A stretch of 60,072 nucleotides of DNA, counting the filler, from Hausera hauseri (lineage: Eukaryota), in the NCBI GenBank assembly GCA_046269625.1. It is 10 parts of 10 records of this genome, joined end to end, with 100 filler letters (N's around TTAATTAATTAA, not from the genome) between each part and the next. Parts side by side here need not be neighbours in the genome. Positions count along the whole stretch, not along the records: positions 55,711 to 60,072 come from JBJURY010617442.1; 9 more parts are not named here. One strand, given 5' to 3'. Below the pieces are notes generated by a model. It was not told the origin of the DNA, made no database searches, and was given only the letters and a program-made list of their open reading frames with translations. The position numbers and the translations under genes are program-made. Position 1 is the first letter of the stretch; every line of letters begins with the position of its first letter. This document shows, piece by piece, positions 59,700 through 60,072 of the stretch.

Positions 59700-59895
59700 G
59701 GGAATAACCGTGTTTCGTTTCAGTGTTGTGGGTTCGATTCCCAGAATGGTCAATTTCCTCTTTGTTTGTTTCTGTTGTCGATTGTGTTTTTATTCCGCAT
59801 ATTCTTTCCCCAGATCTCTGGGTAGTGAGATCGGACGTCCGTGTACATTGTCGCGCACGTTAAAAATCAATTGACAGTTGGAATTAGAAAACAGT
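59700..59895 (+). mobile_element. tRNA-derived SINE-like remnant, copy 2
   Basis: B-box GGGTTCGATTCCC (~59730) then GGGTAGTGAGATCGGACGTCCGTGTACATTGTCGCGCACGTTAAAA..CAGTTGGAA. Confidence 0.45.
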
Positions 59896-60072
59896 AGGCC
59901 TAACAGCCGCTGTTCGAACAAAATTCTAGGAAAAATCTACCCTCTGGGCAGAAATGTTAAAAGACAATACTGCCTATTTCTTTACCCTGAGAAAATAAAG
60001 TTTCATTTATTCATTCATATCTACTTCGTTCAGTCTATTGACTGCCCCGTCCATACACACAACATGTGTTTG

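Overview
This is not one locus. It is ten short AT-rich eukaryotic scaffolds, probably animal, joined by artificial 100-bp linkers (N44-TTAATTAATTAA-N44), so adjacency across a linker means nothing. Content is almost all decayed mobile DNA: several Ty3/Gypsy LTR retrotransposons, a mariner, a Tc1 with both TIRs, Maverick/Polinton pieces on four scaffolds (pPolB, packaging ATPase, major capsid, cysteine protease), LINE/SINE remnants, an 8.4-kb 68-bp satellite and a 6.2-kb (TTCG)n tract. Host-derived items are an intron-containing tRNA-Tyr(GUA) and pseudogenes of ARMC9, an LRR protein and FN3/ankyrin proteins. The standout is a Gypsy-like retroelement family seen as two divergent copies (scaffold 1, minus strand; scaffold 2, plus strand) that share a recognisable linker and protease. 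Together they suggest a virus-like layout: ubiquitin-like domain, signal peptide, chuvirus-like glycoprotein placed upstream of and in frame with the protease, a linker with YPxL-type late-domain motifs, PR-RT-RNaseH-IN, a second FN3-containing type I membrane protein continuing from integrase, and a downstream ORF with a DEDDh exonuclease-like domain. No canonical Gag is visible in the sequenced parts. All family calls come from motifs recognised by eye; no searches were run.
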